DNA from: Candidatus Shapirobacteria bacterium
GTDB lineage: Bacteria > Patescibacteriota > Microgenomatia > UBA12405
Direction: 5' to 3'
Length of the DNA: 64,000 nucleotides
Assembly (NCBI GenBank): GCA_022837635.1
Contig: JALHFY010000001.1
Coordinates: forward strand, 96,136-160,135
Part shown: positions 50,134 through 58,344 of the stretch, in pieces
Layout: each line of letters begins with the position of its first letter
How positions within the stretch are numbered: position 1 is the first letter of the stretch
Translations under genes and position numbers: made by a program
Notes under the pieces: model-generated
Seen by the model: only the letters and a program-made list of their open reading frames with translations
Database searches by the model: none
What the model was told of the DNA's origin: nothing

Positions 50134-51340
50134 ATTTATTTATAAAGCCAGGGATTGGAGTGGAAAATTAGTCAAAGGTGAGTTGGATTTACCGAGTCAA
50201 AAAGAAGTAGTGGAGTCAATTAAAGATAGTGGCTTGATTCCTTTGTCAGTGAAAGCCAAATCTGGAGGAATGTTTTCGGAATTAACCAAGGCGCTTAAAG
50301 GTAGAGTTAACTTAAAACAAGTCAGTACTTTTACTCGTCAATTATCAACGATGTTGACGGCCGGATTGGCACTGACGGATGCTTTGGCACTGTTAAAAAA
50401 TCAATATGATGAAGGTAGCGGTTTAGGACAAATTGTAGGTAAGGCTTTGGATGAGGTTCGAGGAGGGATGCCTTTGGGAAAATCACTTTCAGGATCTCAA
50501 AAAGTTTTTGGAGAGGCATATATCGCCTCGATTTCAGCTGGAGAAGAGGCGGGAGTATTGGATGAGGTGATGAGTAAATTGGCTGATACGACGGAGAATC
50601 AAAGTGAGTTTCAGGGTAAGGTCAAAGGAGCGATGATTTATCCGATTATCGTGATTGTGGCCATGATAGTTGTGGCTTTTGTAATGATGATTTTTGTGAT
50701 TCCGAAAATGACGGCTATGTATGCGGATTTTGGAACGGCCCAAATGCCCAAAATTACTCAGGCTTTGATGAGTATTTCCAGTTTTGTGTCTAAGGTGTGG
50801 TTTATGTTTCCTTTAATGGGAGTGATTTTGTTCATGGTTTATAGAGTGGCTATGAAAAGTCAGGATTTTCATATGCGTCGGGATAGATATATTTTGAAAA
50901 TTCCGATTATCGGGGTATTAAACGAAAAATCGGTTTTGGCCAATACTACTAGGACTTTGTCTATGTTGTTAACGGCAGGAATTACTTTAGTGGAGGCCTT
51001 AAAGATTGTAGCGACAGTTTCGGGAAATAAAGTTTATGAAAAAGCTTTTTTGGAAATTGCGGAAAAGGTGCAAAAAGGTTTTTCAGTGGCGGTATCTTTT
51101 GAAAATACCGGTATTTTTCCACCGATTGTTAATCAAATGATTTCGACTGGTGAGGCGACAGGAAAACTGGATGAGGTATTAATGAAAGTTTCAGATTACT
51201 TTACCAAAGAGGCGGAAGAAGCGGTGAAAGCTTTGACGGCGGCGATAGAGCCGTTGATTATGGTAATTTTAGGTATTGGAGTGGGTTTTTTGGTAGTAGC
51301 GGTGATCATGCCTATTTATACCTTGACATCTTCCGTCTAA
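50126..51340 (+). CDS. pilC: Type IV pilus platform protein PilC/GspF
   Basis: FTRQLSTML.AG, GE.AG.L, AMIYP, GEATGKLD, IEP. Confidence 0.95.
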   Translation: MAKFIYKARDWSGKLVKGELDLPSQKEVVESIKDSGLIPLSVKAKSGGMFSELTKALKGRVNLKQVSTFTRQLSTMLTAGLALTDALALLKNQYDEGSGLGQIVGKALDEVRGGMPLGKSLSGSQKVFGEAYIASISAGEEAGVLDEVMSKLADTTENQSEFQGKVKGAMIYPIIVIVAMIVVAFVMMIFVIPKMTAMYADFGTAQMPKITQALMSISSFVSKVWFMFPLMGVILFMVYRVAMKSQDFHMRRDRYILKIPIIGVLNEKSVLANTTRTLSMLLTAGITLVEALKIVATVSGNKVYEKAFLEIAEKVQKGFSVAVSFENTGIFPPIVNQMISTGEATGKLDEVLMKVSDYFTKEAEEAVKALTAAIEPLIMVILGIGVGFLVVAVIMPIYTLTSSV

Positions 51341-51391
51341 AAATGCCACAATGGTATCAAGTTAGTTAAAAATTTCTTAAAAAGAATGACA

Positions 51392-52018
51392 ATGAGAAAA
51401 GCTTTTACATTGGTGGAACTATTGATAGTTATCACCTTGATTGCCATATTGTCGGTCGCAGTGTTGGCAACTTTGAATCCTATTGAACAGACCAATAAGG
51501 CTCGCGATGCTCAGTTTAAGAATGATGCGGCGGAAGTCTTGAGTGCTCATGAACGTTACTTTGCCTCCCAGAACGCTTATGCTTGGAATTCTGGCACTGG
51601 TCAAACTGTTGCTGTAGGAGTTGCTGCAGTAATGCCTGGAAATGTTCCTATGTTTGGAGTAGTAGGTAGCAATTGGGATGGTAATGGGGTCGGGTCTACA
51701 GATTCGCCTTTAATCCAGACATCAGAAATTAAAACCTCTTTTCTGAATAAGGCTCCTTTTAGAGAGGAACCTAAACCAATTGATATGTTTTATGCTTATA
51801 CTGATGGAGCGGACACTAATTATGTCTGTTTCTTTCCTAAAGCTAAGGCTAACAGAACTGGAGAGCAAGGAGCCAAGTTAAAATGTATGGATCCGGTTGA
51901 TACTGCAGATGCTCAAATATATTCACAAGGAGTGGGTTGTACATTAGCCACTTCTTGGACAAATGCTGATTTGACACCTCAAAGTGGGATAGCTAATTTG
52001 ATGTGTGTACCGGAATAA
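51392..52018 (+). CDS. Type IV pilin, probable major pilin
   Basis: RKA|FTLVELLIVI; -10-like sequence upstream and terminator downstream. Confidence 0.85.
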   Translation: MRKAFTLVELLIVITLIAILSVAVLATLNPIEQTNKARDAQFKNDAAEVLSAHERYFASQNAYAWNSGTGQTVAVGVAAVMPGNVPMFGVVGSNWDGNGVGSTDSPLIQTSEIKTSFLNKAPFREEPKPIDMFYAYTDGADTNYVCFFPKAKANRTGEQGAKLKCMDPVDTADAQIYSQGVGCTLATSWTNADLTPQSGIANLMCVPE

Positions 52019-52024
52019 GGTACT

Positions 52025-52074
52025 AAATCCACCCCTTAATCCCCTCCTTTGAGTAAAGGAGGGGAGTTTTTTTT
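52025..52074 (+). terminator. Repeat-derived intrinsic terminator after the pilin
   Basis: tcccctccttt-gagt-aaaggagggga + T8; near-identical to the 44914 unit. Confidence 0.8.
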
Positions 52075-52086
52075 GTACAATAGGCT

Positions 52087-52839
52087 ATGAATTTAGTTTG
52101 CTTTCTTTTGGGATTGGCGGTGGGGAGTTTTGTCAATATGGCAATATGGCGGGTGGAGCATAGGCAGTCGATTCTTAAAAAACAGCGAAGTTTTTGTGAT
52201 TTTTGTAAAAAGCCACTGAGATTTTATGACAACATTCCCCTACTCTCTTTTTTAGTATATAGAGGAAAAAGCCGATGTTGTGGTAAAAAATTGCCAGGAT
52301 ATTATCCGGTGGTGGAAATGTTGATGGGAATATTGTTTGCTTTAAAATCACCCCCTAGCCCCCTCTTTGAGGAAAGAGGGGGAATTGTGCTCTTAGTTTT
52401 ATGGAGTATATGGGTTTTGTTGGTTTTTGAGGCGGTGTTTGATGTCAAAAAAATGATGATTCCGGATGCGACGGCCATACCTTTAATGGTGTTGGCTGAA
52501 TTAAGGAGAAGATTGTTAGGTTTGCCGGTAAGTGAATGGTGGAGTGCTTTGGGAGCAGGTCTGTTTATCTGGTTATTAACTAAAATTAAAATTAAGGGGA
52601 AGCAAGCAATGGGCGAGGGTGATGCTTTGTTGGCGGTATTTATGGGACTATTTTTGAGTTTTCCTAAAATTATAGTGGCTTTTTATGTGGCTTTTATCAG
52701 CGGGGCGGTGATTGGTTTGATATTAATAGCGAAGAAAAAAAAGAAGCAACTCTCCCCTATTCCCTTTGGCCCCTTTTTAATTTTTGGAACAATAATTGCC
52801 TATTTTTGGGGAGAAAAAATTATTAGTTTATTTTTTTGA
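52087..52839 (+). CDS. pilD: Prepilin peptidase PilD (A24)
   Basis: GSFVN, RSFC..C, NIPLLSF, D...IPD, GEGD, PFGPFL. Confidence 0.93.
   Translation: MNLVCFLLGLAVGSFVNMAIWRVEHRQSILKKQRSFCDFCKKPLRFYDNIPLLSFLVYRGKSRCCGKKLPGYYPVVEMLMGILFALKSPPSPLFEERGGIVLLVLWSIWVLLVFEAVFDVKKMMIPDATAIPLMVLAELRRRLLGLPVSEWWSALGAGLFIWLLTKIKIKGKQAMGEGDALLAVFMGLFLSFPKIIVAFYVAFISGAVIGLILIAKKKKKQLSPIPFGPFLIFGTIIAYFWGEKIISLFF
52345..52384. repeat. Solo hairpin unit inserted in frame in pilD
   Basis: aaatcaccccctag-ccccctcttt-gagg-aaagaggggg; encodes KSPPSPLFEERGG between TM helices. Confidence 0.75.
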
Positions 52840-52860
52840 GAAAAGGTTACAATAGTTTAT

Positions 52861-53406
52861 ATGAAAAAACAGAAAGCAATAAGTTTAGTGGAGATAATAA
52901 TCGTGATAGCGATTTTGATGATTTTACTGGTAATTGCTTTGGGGATATTTAAGCCAGCGGCAATGGTTAATCGGGCTCAAGATGCCGAAAGAAAGGCAGA
53001 TTTGGATAGAATTAAAATTGCTTTTGAGGATTATTACAACGACAAAGGATGTTATCCAAATTACAACGAATATTTACATAAAATGTTTGATGAAGCTTAT
53101 TGTGATAAGGATTTTTTTAAGCCTTGGATGAACAAGTGGCCTTGTGATCCTGACGGTAAGCCCTATCCGATAATTGTGGGGGTTGGAAGTGAGACTGAAA
53201 TTTGTCCAAAGTTTTTTAAGATTATGGCTAAGTTGGAAAATAAAGGTGATCCTCATCTTTATAATCAAGGACCGATAGAGGAGGAGTTTGCCAACGTCGC
53301 CAACTACTCAGTTTCCAGTCCTAATTATCCAAATATTCCACCAACGATAATTGTGGATGCGACCAGTACTCCAATGTTGACCGATATCAGAACTCAAGGG
53401 GGCTAA
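52861..53406 (+). CDS. GspG-like pilin
   Basis: KA|ISLVE, D..RK.DL, YY.D..CYP, P.DP. Confidence 0.85.
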   Translation: MKKQKAISLVEIIIVIAILMILLVIALGIFKPAAMVNRAQDAERKADLDRIKIAFEDYYNDKGCYPNYNEYLHKMFDEAYCDKDFFKPWMNKWPCDPDGKPYPIIVGVGSETEICPKFFKIMAKLENKGDPHLYNQGPIEEEFANVANYSVSSPNYPNIPPTIIVDATSTPMLTDIRTQGG

Positions 53407-53423
53407 GTATGATATCTTTAATT

Positions 53424-53930
53424 ATGAAGAGAGCTTTCACTTTGGTAGAACTGTTAGTAGTGATAGCAATTATGGGAATTTTGACGACGATTGCGGTTGG
53501 ACAATTTCAGACTGCTAAAAGAAAGGCCAATGATGTGGCTCGTAAAGGTGATTTGGATGCTGTTTCCAAAGCTTTGCAACTTTATTATGCGGATTATAAG
53601 AGGTTTCCGGAGGCGACCAGTGATGGAAGAATGGTGATTGGGACGGGGACAACTGTGGAATGGGGTGATGAGTTTGTGGATGAGGGTTATATTTATATGA
53701 AAAAAATGCCTCAAGAGAATGTGGTGAGTTCCCCTCAGTATTGTTATAAGAGCAGTGCTGACGGTAAAAATTATGCTCTTTTTGCTAAATTGGAAAATAA
53801 AGAAGATAAGCAGTGTAAATTAGATGAAAATAAAAAAATGACCTATGATTGTGGAGGGATAACTGATAATTATTGTTTTGTTTATCTCAGTCCCAACGTG
53901 GAGGTAGATAGTGATGGAAATTTTATCTAA
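53424..53930 (+). CDS. GspG-like pilin
   Basis: KRA|FTLVELL, D..RK.DL...AL..YY.D. Confidence 0.88.
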   Translation: MKRAFTLVELLVVIAIMGILTTIAVGQFQTAKRKANDVARKGDLDAVSKALQLYYADYKRFPEATSDGRMVIGTGTTVEWGDEFVDEGYIYMKKMPQENVVSSPQYCYKSSADGKNYALFAKLENKEDKQCKLDENKKMTYDCGGITDNYCFVYLSPNVEVDSDGNFI

Positions 53931-53931
53931 T

Positions 53932-54324
53932 ATGAAAAAAGCTTTTACTTTAATTGAATTATTGGTAGTGATTTCGATTATTGGTGTTTTGACGGCGATA
54001 GTGGTGCCTAATTTTATGGGAGCCAGAGAAAGGGCTAGTGATAGCCAGAGAAAACAAGATATGGTGTCGATTAAAAATGCTTTGAGGACTTACTATAATG
54101 ACAATCAAAGATATCCGAGTATGGCCACTTGGACAGATGATATAGAAGACTATATTCCTTCAATTAAGGATTTTAGTGATTACAGTTATGTTTTAGTCAA
54201 TAGCGATGCTTTTACCTTGGGAGCGGAAATGGAGGCGACACGAGAACAGGAAATTAAGGATAGTCAAGACAGGTGTGGAATTACTGATGATAATGATACA
54301 AAATATTATGTATGTGCTAATTAA
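53932..54324 (+). CDS. GspG-like pilin
   Basis: KKA|FTLIELL, ARERA.D..RK.D. Confidence 0.88.
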   Translation: MKKAFTLIELLVVISIIGVLTAIVVPNFMGARERASDSQRKQDMVSIKNALRTYYNDNQRYPSMATWTDDIEDYIPSIKDFSDYSYVLVNSDAFTLGAEMEATREQEIKDSQDRCGITDDNDTKYYVCAN

Positions 54325-54362
54325 AAATTAAAGCAATAAGTAAAATTACAAAATATAAATTT

Positions 54363-54770
54363 ATGAAGAAAGCGTTTACCCTTTTTGAACTATTGGTAGT
54401 GATTTCAATTATTGGGATTTTGATTGCGGTGGCGTCAATATCTTATAGTGGGGCTCAAAAAAAGTCTCGGGATGCTAGAAGGATTCAGGATATGAATGCG
54501 ATCCAGAAAGCAGCGGAGATGTATTACAGTCAGAACAATTATCTTTATCCAGGTAGCAGTCAATTGATTAGTTCAGGTTTGATGTCGGTGATGCCGACAG
54601 ATCCAAAGAATGCTTCTCCTTATGTTTATAGTTTTTCAGGGTTGACGAATGGGGCTAGTAATTATTGTCTTTGTGCCCTGTTGGAAAATGCTACAGGAGG
54701 TAATGCCAGTGATGGTAATTGCACTATGGCAAGTTCTGGTACTTATTATTGTGTTAGAAATCAACAATGA
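54363..54770 (+). CDS. GspG-like pilin
   Basis: KKA|FTLFELL, SRDARRIQD, MPTDP. Confidence 0.88.
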   Translation: MKKAFTLFELLVVISIIGILIAVASISYSGAQKKSRDARRIQDMNAIQKAAEMYYSQNNYLYPGSSQLISSGLMSVMPTDPKNASPYVYSFSGLTNGASNYCLCALLENATGGNASDGNCTMASSGTYYCVRNQQ

Positions 54771-55138
54771 GAAAGGCTTTTACTTTGATCGAATTAATTG
54801 TGGTGATTACTATCATTGCGGTTTTAAGTGTAGTGGGAATGGTGAGTTTTTCAGGGATAAATATGAAATCTCGGGATGCTAGAAGGATTCAGGATTTACA
54901 AAAAATTGCGGCGGCTTTGGAGATATTTCGACAAGCTGATATTAGCAAGAGTTACCCAACAACAACAGCATCATTGGTACCTAATTATTTACAGGTTATG
55001 CCCACTGATCCCAAGACTAAAGCAAATTATCCTTATAATCGGGTGAATCCATATCGATATACTCTGACGGCAACTTTGGAAGATGCTCGAAATAATCCTA
55101 ACCAAGCTAGTACGACTTATACGCTAAATAGTCCTTGA
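54767..55138 (+). CDS. GspG-like pilin
   Basis: RKA|FTLIELI, SRDARRIQD, MPTDP. Confidence 0.88.
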   Translation: MRKAFTLIELIVVITIIAVLSVVGMVSFSGINMKSRDARRIQDLQKIAAALEIFRQADISKSYPTTTASLVPNYLQVMPTDPKTKANYPYNRVNPYRYTLTATLEDARNNPNQASTTYTLNSP

Positions 55139-55158
55139 TTTGTGCTAAAGTTTTTATA

Positions 55159-55656
55159 GTGAAACGAGCTTTTACTTTAATTGAATTATTGGTAGCAGTA
55201 GGCATTATTTTGGTGTTGTCGGCGGGAGCTTTTGTCTATATAAATCAAGGTTTACAGAGGCAAAAATTGCTCAGGGCGGCAGGAGAAGTAATGTCAGGAT
55301 TCAGATTAGCTAATTCATTGGCAAAAACTAGACAAATGCCTCAAGGTAGCAGTGGTAATTTGGTGGTGGTGGAGAGTTATTTTAATAATAATAGATTGTA
55401 TGTAAATGCAATTTCATCGGTGGGGACAACAATTAATTTTTCTGAAGAGGTGGTAGAAATACCGATAAATAATAGTAACAGGTGGTTTTTTTATGCGGGA
55501 ACTGGATTTTTAGGGAAAAATGCGACTGGAACAATGTATGGTGCCGGGGAAACAGCCACCATTACCTTGAGTTTAAGTGAAAATTATAATATGTCGATTC
55601 CGATTTTTATTGACGCCATGGGTCAGGTGAGCCAAGGGGAGGTAGTGCAAAACTAA
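55159..55656 (+). CDS. Minor pilin, FimT/GspH-like
   Basis: KRA|FTLIELL; C-terminal I...GQV. Confidence 0.8.
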   Translation: MKRAFTLIELLVAVGIILVLSAGAFVYINQGLQRQKLLRAAGEVMSGFRLANSLAKTRQMPQGSSGNLVVVESYFNNNRLYVNAISSVGTTINFSEEVVEIPINNSNRWFFYAGTGFLGKNATGTMYGAGETATITLSLSENYNMSIPIFIDAMGQVSQGEVVQN

Positions 55657-56060
55657 TGAAAAAAGGTCAAGCTTTAATTGAATCAGTGGTGGCAGTGGGA
55701 GTTTTGGCTTTGGTGATGACGGCGGCAATTGCTTTGATAGTGATGTCAACTGCCAATAGAAGGAGCAATTTTGACAGGAGAAAGGCCAATGAATTGGCTA
55801 ATAAAGTAGTAGAGACTTTTGTTAATGAGAGTCAGAATAATGTGGTTGTTTTTTGGAATAATTTGAGTGGAGGTGATTGCGGGGAATCCGCTTTTACTGG
55901 ATATACTTGTAACTATAATTTTACTATATTGACTCAACCGGCTCATGCTAATTGTGGCAATGGCTCACCACCCAGATGTGTTGAATTGACAGTAACAGTC
56001 AGCTGGCCCGGAAAAACACCGCAAAATTTAATTGTTAAGCGTTTTTTTAGTCAAGGATGA
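55656..56060 (+). CDS. Minor pilin, PilV/GspI-like
   Basis: KKG|QALIES, A..LA...E, VTVSW. Confidence 0.8.
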   Translation: MKKGQALIESVVAVGVLALVMTAAIALIVMSTANRRSNFDRRKANELANKVVETFVNESQNNVVVFWNNLSGGDCGESAFTGYTCNYNFTILTQPAHANCGNGSPPRCVELTVTVSWPGKTPQNLIVKRFFSQG

Positions 56061-56557
56061 AAAGGGCTTTTACTTTGATTGAAATTGTGGTGATGGTGGC
56101 TATTTTGGGGTTGATTATGACGATGTTGTCTGGATCTTTAGGAATTTCTTTTAAGCTTAAAAATTCAACTGAAACTAATGAGAAATTGACCAGTAAAGCT
56201 AATTTTGTTTTTAATGAATTGAAAAAAAATATTTTAGAGGCTAAACCGGAAACGATAGTTTGTAGTGGTGGTAATCAACTGCGTTACACGGCGACTAATG
56301 GTAAAGAGATTGTTTTAAGCTGTGATATAGTTGGAAGCCAGATTGCTTCCAGGTCAGCGACAACAGGAGAGGTTTTTTATTTATTAGATAAGGAAGTTTC
56401 ACCTAATAATTGCAGTAATTTTGTTACTTGTCATTTGAGAACAGGAAGTAGTGTGGTGGAGTCGGTAGATGTGGTTTTGGATTTAAGGACAGTAGTGGGG
56501 GCTGAGGGAGTGGGTAGTAGTGGTCGTTTTTACCAAACAATTTCGCCACGTCTCTAA
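56057..56557 (+). CDS. Minor pilin, PilW/GspJ-like
   Basis: KRA|FTLIEI, ends TISPRL. Confidence 0.8.
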   Translation: MKRAFTLIEIVVMVAILGLIMTMLSGSLGISFKLKNSTETNEKLTSKANFVFNELKKNILEAKPETIVCSGGNQLRYTATNGKEIVLSCDIVGSQIASRSATTGEVFYLLDKEVSPNNCSNFVTCHLRTGSSVVESVDVVLDLRTVVGAEGVGSSGRFYQTISPRL

Positions 56558-56603
56558 AAAAGTGTTATAATATCTTGTACGTACATTATAGGTTATACCT
56601 AAA

Positions 56604-57779
56604 ATGACACCTGAAAAAGTTCCGATTCGGGCTACTAAAGCAGAAGTAGTCCCTAAAAATTCTCAAAAATATTTGAGAAAGTGGTTTAATGGTTTGGTGG
56701 CTGGGATGATTGTTGGTGGCCATCTTACTGCCTGTATGCCTACTGAAGCTCGATCTGTAATTCCCACAGATACTGATAGAGTGGTGGCTACTTCAACTTA
56801 CCTCCCTCCTCAAAAAACACTAGAATCATCCACTCCCACTCTCGCCCAAACCACCTCTACCACCGTTGAAGCTCAGGTTACAACCACCACTGCCACCCCA
56901 GAATCAATAGTTGACCCCGATATTGAAGCCGTTGATGAGGTATTGGCTGAACAAATTAGGAATTCTATGCCCTCAATGTGGGTTTACGATCGAGAACAAA
57001 AACAATTTGTAATTAGATCCAACGATGACTTTGTTTTTTCAATTTACAAAAGAACTACTTTAAGAATTACTAATAGCAATGGCGAAGAAATTGGTTATGC
57101 TAGATATTTTAACAAGAATCGTCCAGACAGCGATGCTTCTGAATACTTTTCTCTTACCGATAAATCAGAAAATACCATAATTCCTTTCAAACTCTACTCA
57201 CAGATGGGTGAGTTTAAAACCGACAATTTAACAACCATTGGGAAATACAACACTAAACAATGTCTATTTGCTTTCACTAATGATTTACATGTAGTTAAGT
57301 ATAATTTTCAGTTTCCACAAATTAATATGGACTGGACAAATAAATATGCTTCTGACACGCTTGATATAGTGAATGGAGACGAATTGGTTCAAGCAGGTAT
57401 TGTTAGAACTGTCTCTATAATCAAATCAGAAAGCGAAGAAAAGATATACGAAGATTTAAAAAATAATATTCCAGTTATTGTGAATATAGGTGAAAAAGAA
57501 TGGGTGGTTAACAAAGGTATTAATTATATTTGGGATGACTCTCGGGATAGAGATTATGAAGTTATTGATGGTCACTTGATTTTATTCAACGGAGTTGCTG
57601 ATGATCAAAATGCTTGTATGTCTCTTCAATGGGATGAAGCTTTTCCAGCATTAATACTTTGGGAACATTACGAAAAACGGTTCCCAGAAATTACAAGGAT
57701 ATATGACGTTGTTACTCAACCTTTTATTGATTTGAGTACAATTAGAACCCCAGTAATCAGTTTTCTTCGAGAAAAATAA
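56604..57779 (+). CDS. Hypothetical putative lipoprotein
   Basis: Hydrophobic stretch ending LTA|C, Thr/Pro stalk, unknown globular domain. Confidence 0.6.
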   Translation: MTPEKVPIRATKAEVVPKNSQKYLRKWFNGLVAGMIVGGHLTACMPTEARSVIPTDTDRVVATSTYLPPQKTLESSTPTLAQTTSTTVEAQVTTTTATPESIVDPDIEAVDEVLAEQIRNSMPSMWVYDREQKQFVIRSNDDFVFSIYKRTTLRITNSNGEEIGYARYFNKNRPDSDASEYFSLTDKSENTIIPFKLYSQMGEFKTDNLTTIGKYNTKQCLFAFTNDLHVVKYNFQFPQINMDWTNKYASDTLDIVNGDELVQAGIVRTVSIIKSESEEKIYEDLKNNIPVIVNIGEKEWVVNKGINYIWDDSRDRDYEVIDGHLILFNGVADDQNACMSLQWDEAFPALILWEHYEKRFPEITRIYDVVTQPFIDLSTIRTPVISFLREK

Positions 57780-57826
57780 TATAGTTCCTTTACTTAAGAC
57801 ATCTTTGTCTTGTATAATCTTTAAGT

Positions 57827-58342
57827 ATGAGAATAAGGTTAGTGCGCGTATTGATACTTCTTAATCTCTTTCTCCTGGTAGGAATAGTTTTTCTGCCAAA
57901 TATTACCAAAATAAAGCCTAAACCAGCTACATCACTAGGTTTTTTATGGGTAAACAGGTTTAAATTAGCTATGGATTTACGTAATGTTTCTAAAGTATTT
58001 AATAAAACAAATACTAATCGCAATAATTTTTTTAAACATATTGGTGAGGATCTTAAATTTGCCGAGCTGGATAATCAAGGCATTAGAATGGGTGAAACTG
58101 GAATTACATATAAATGTGAAAGATACAGTGATACCAGTCGCGTCATTATTTCACTTGACAAAAACAAGATAAACCATGACAAAAGTTTATTAGCTAAAAG
58201 AATTTATCTTACCTTGCTTGAATGTAAACTAAGCAAAGTTAACTTAACTGATAGTTCTATTCAACAAGATGAAAGTATAATCAATTACATAATCAATCTT
58301 GTTCTTAAACAGAATAAATTAAGTCCAATTGTCATTTTCTAA
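57827..58342 (+). CDS. Hypothetical membrane-anchored protein
   Basis: N-terminal TM; TATAAT at 57813; low GC. Confidence 0.65.
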   Translation: MRIRLVRVLILLNLFLLVGIVFLPNITKIKPKPATSLGFLWVNRFKLAMDLRNVSKVFNKTNTNRNNFFKHIGEDLKFAELDNQGIRMGETGITYKCERYSDTSRVIISLDKNKINHDKSLLAKRIYLTLLECKLSKVNLTDSSIQQDESIINYIINLVLKQNKLSPIVIF

Positions 58343-58344
58343 TT

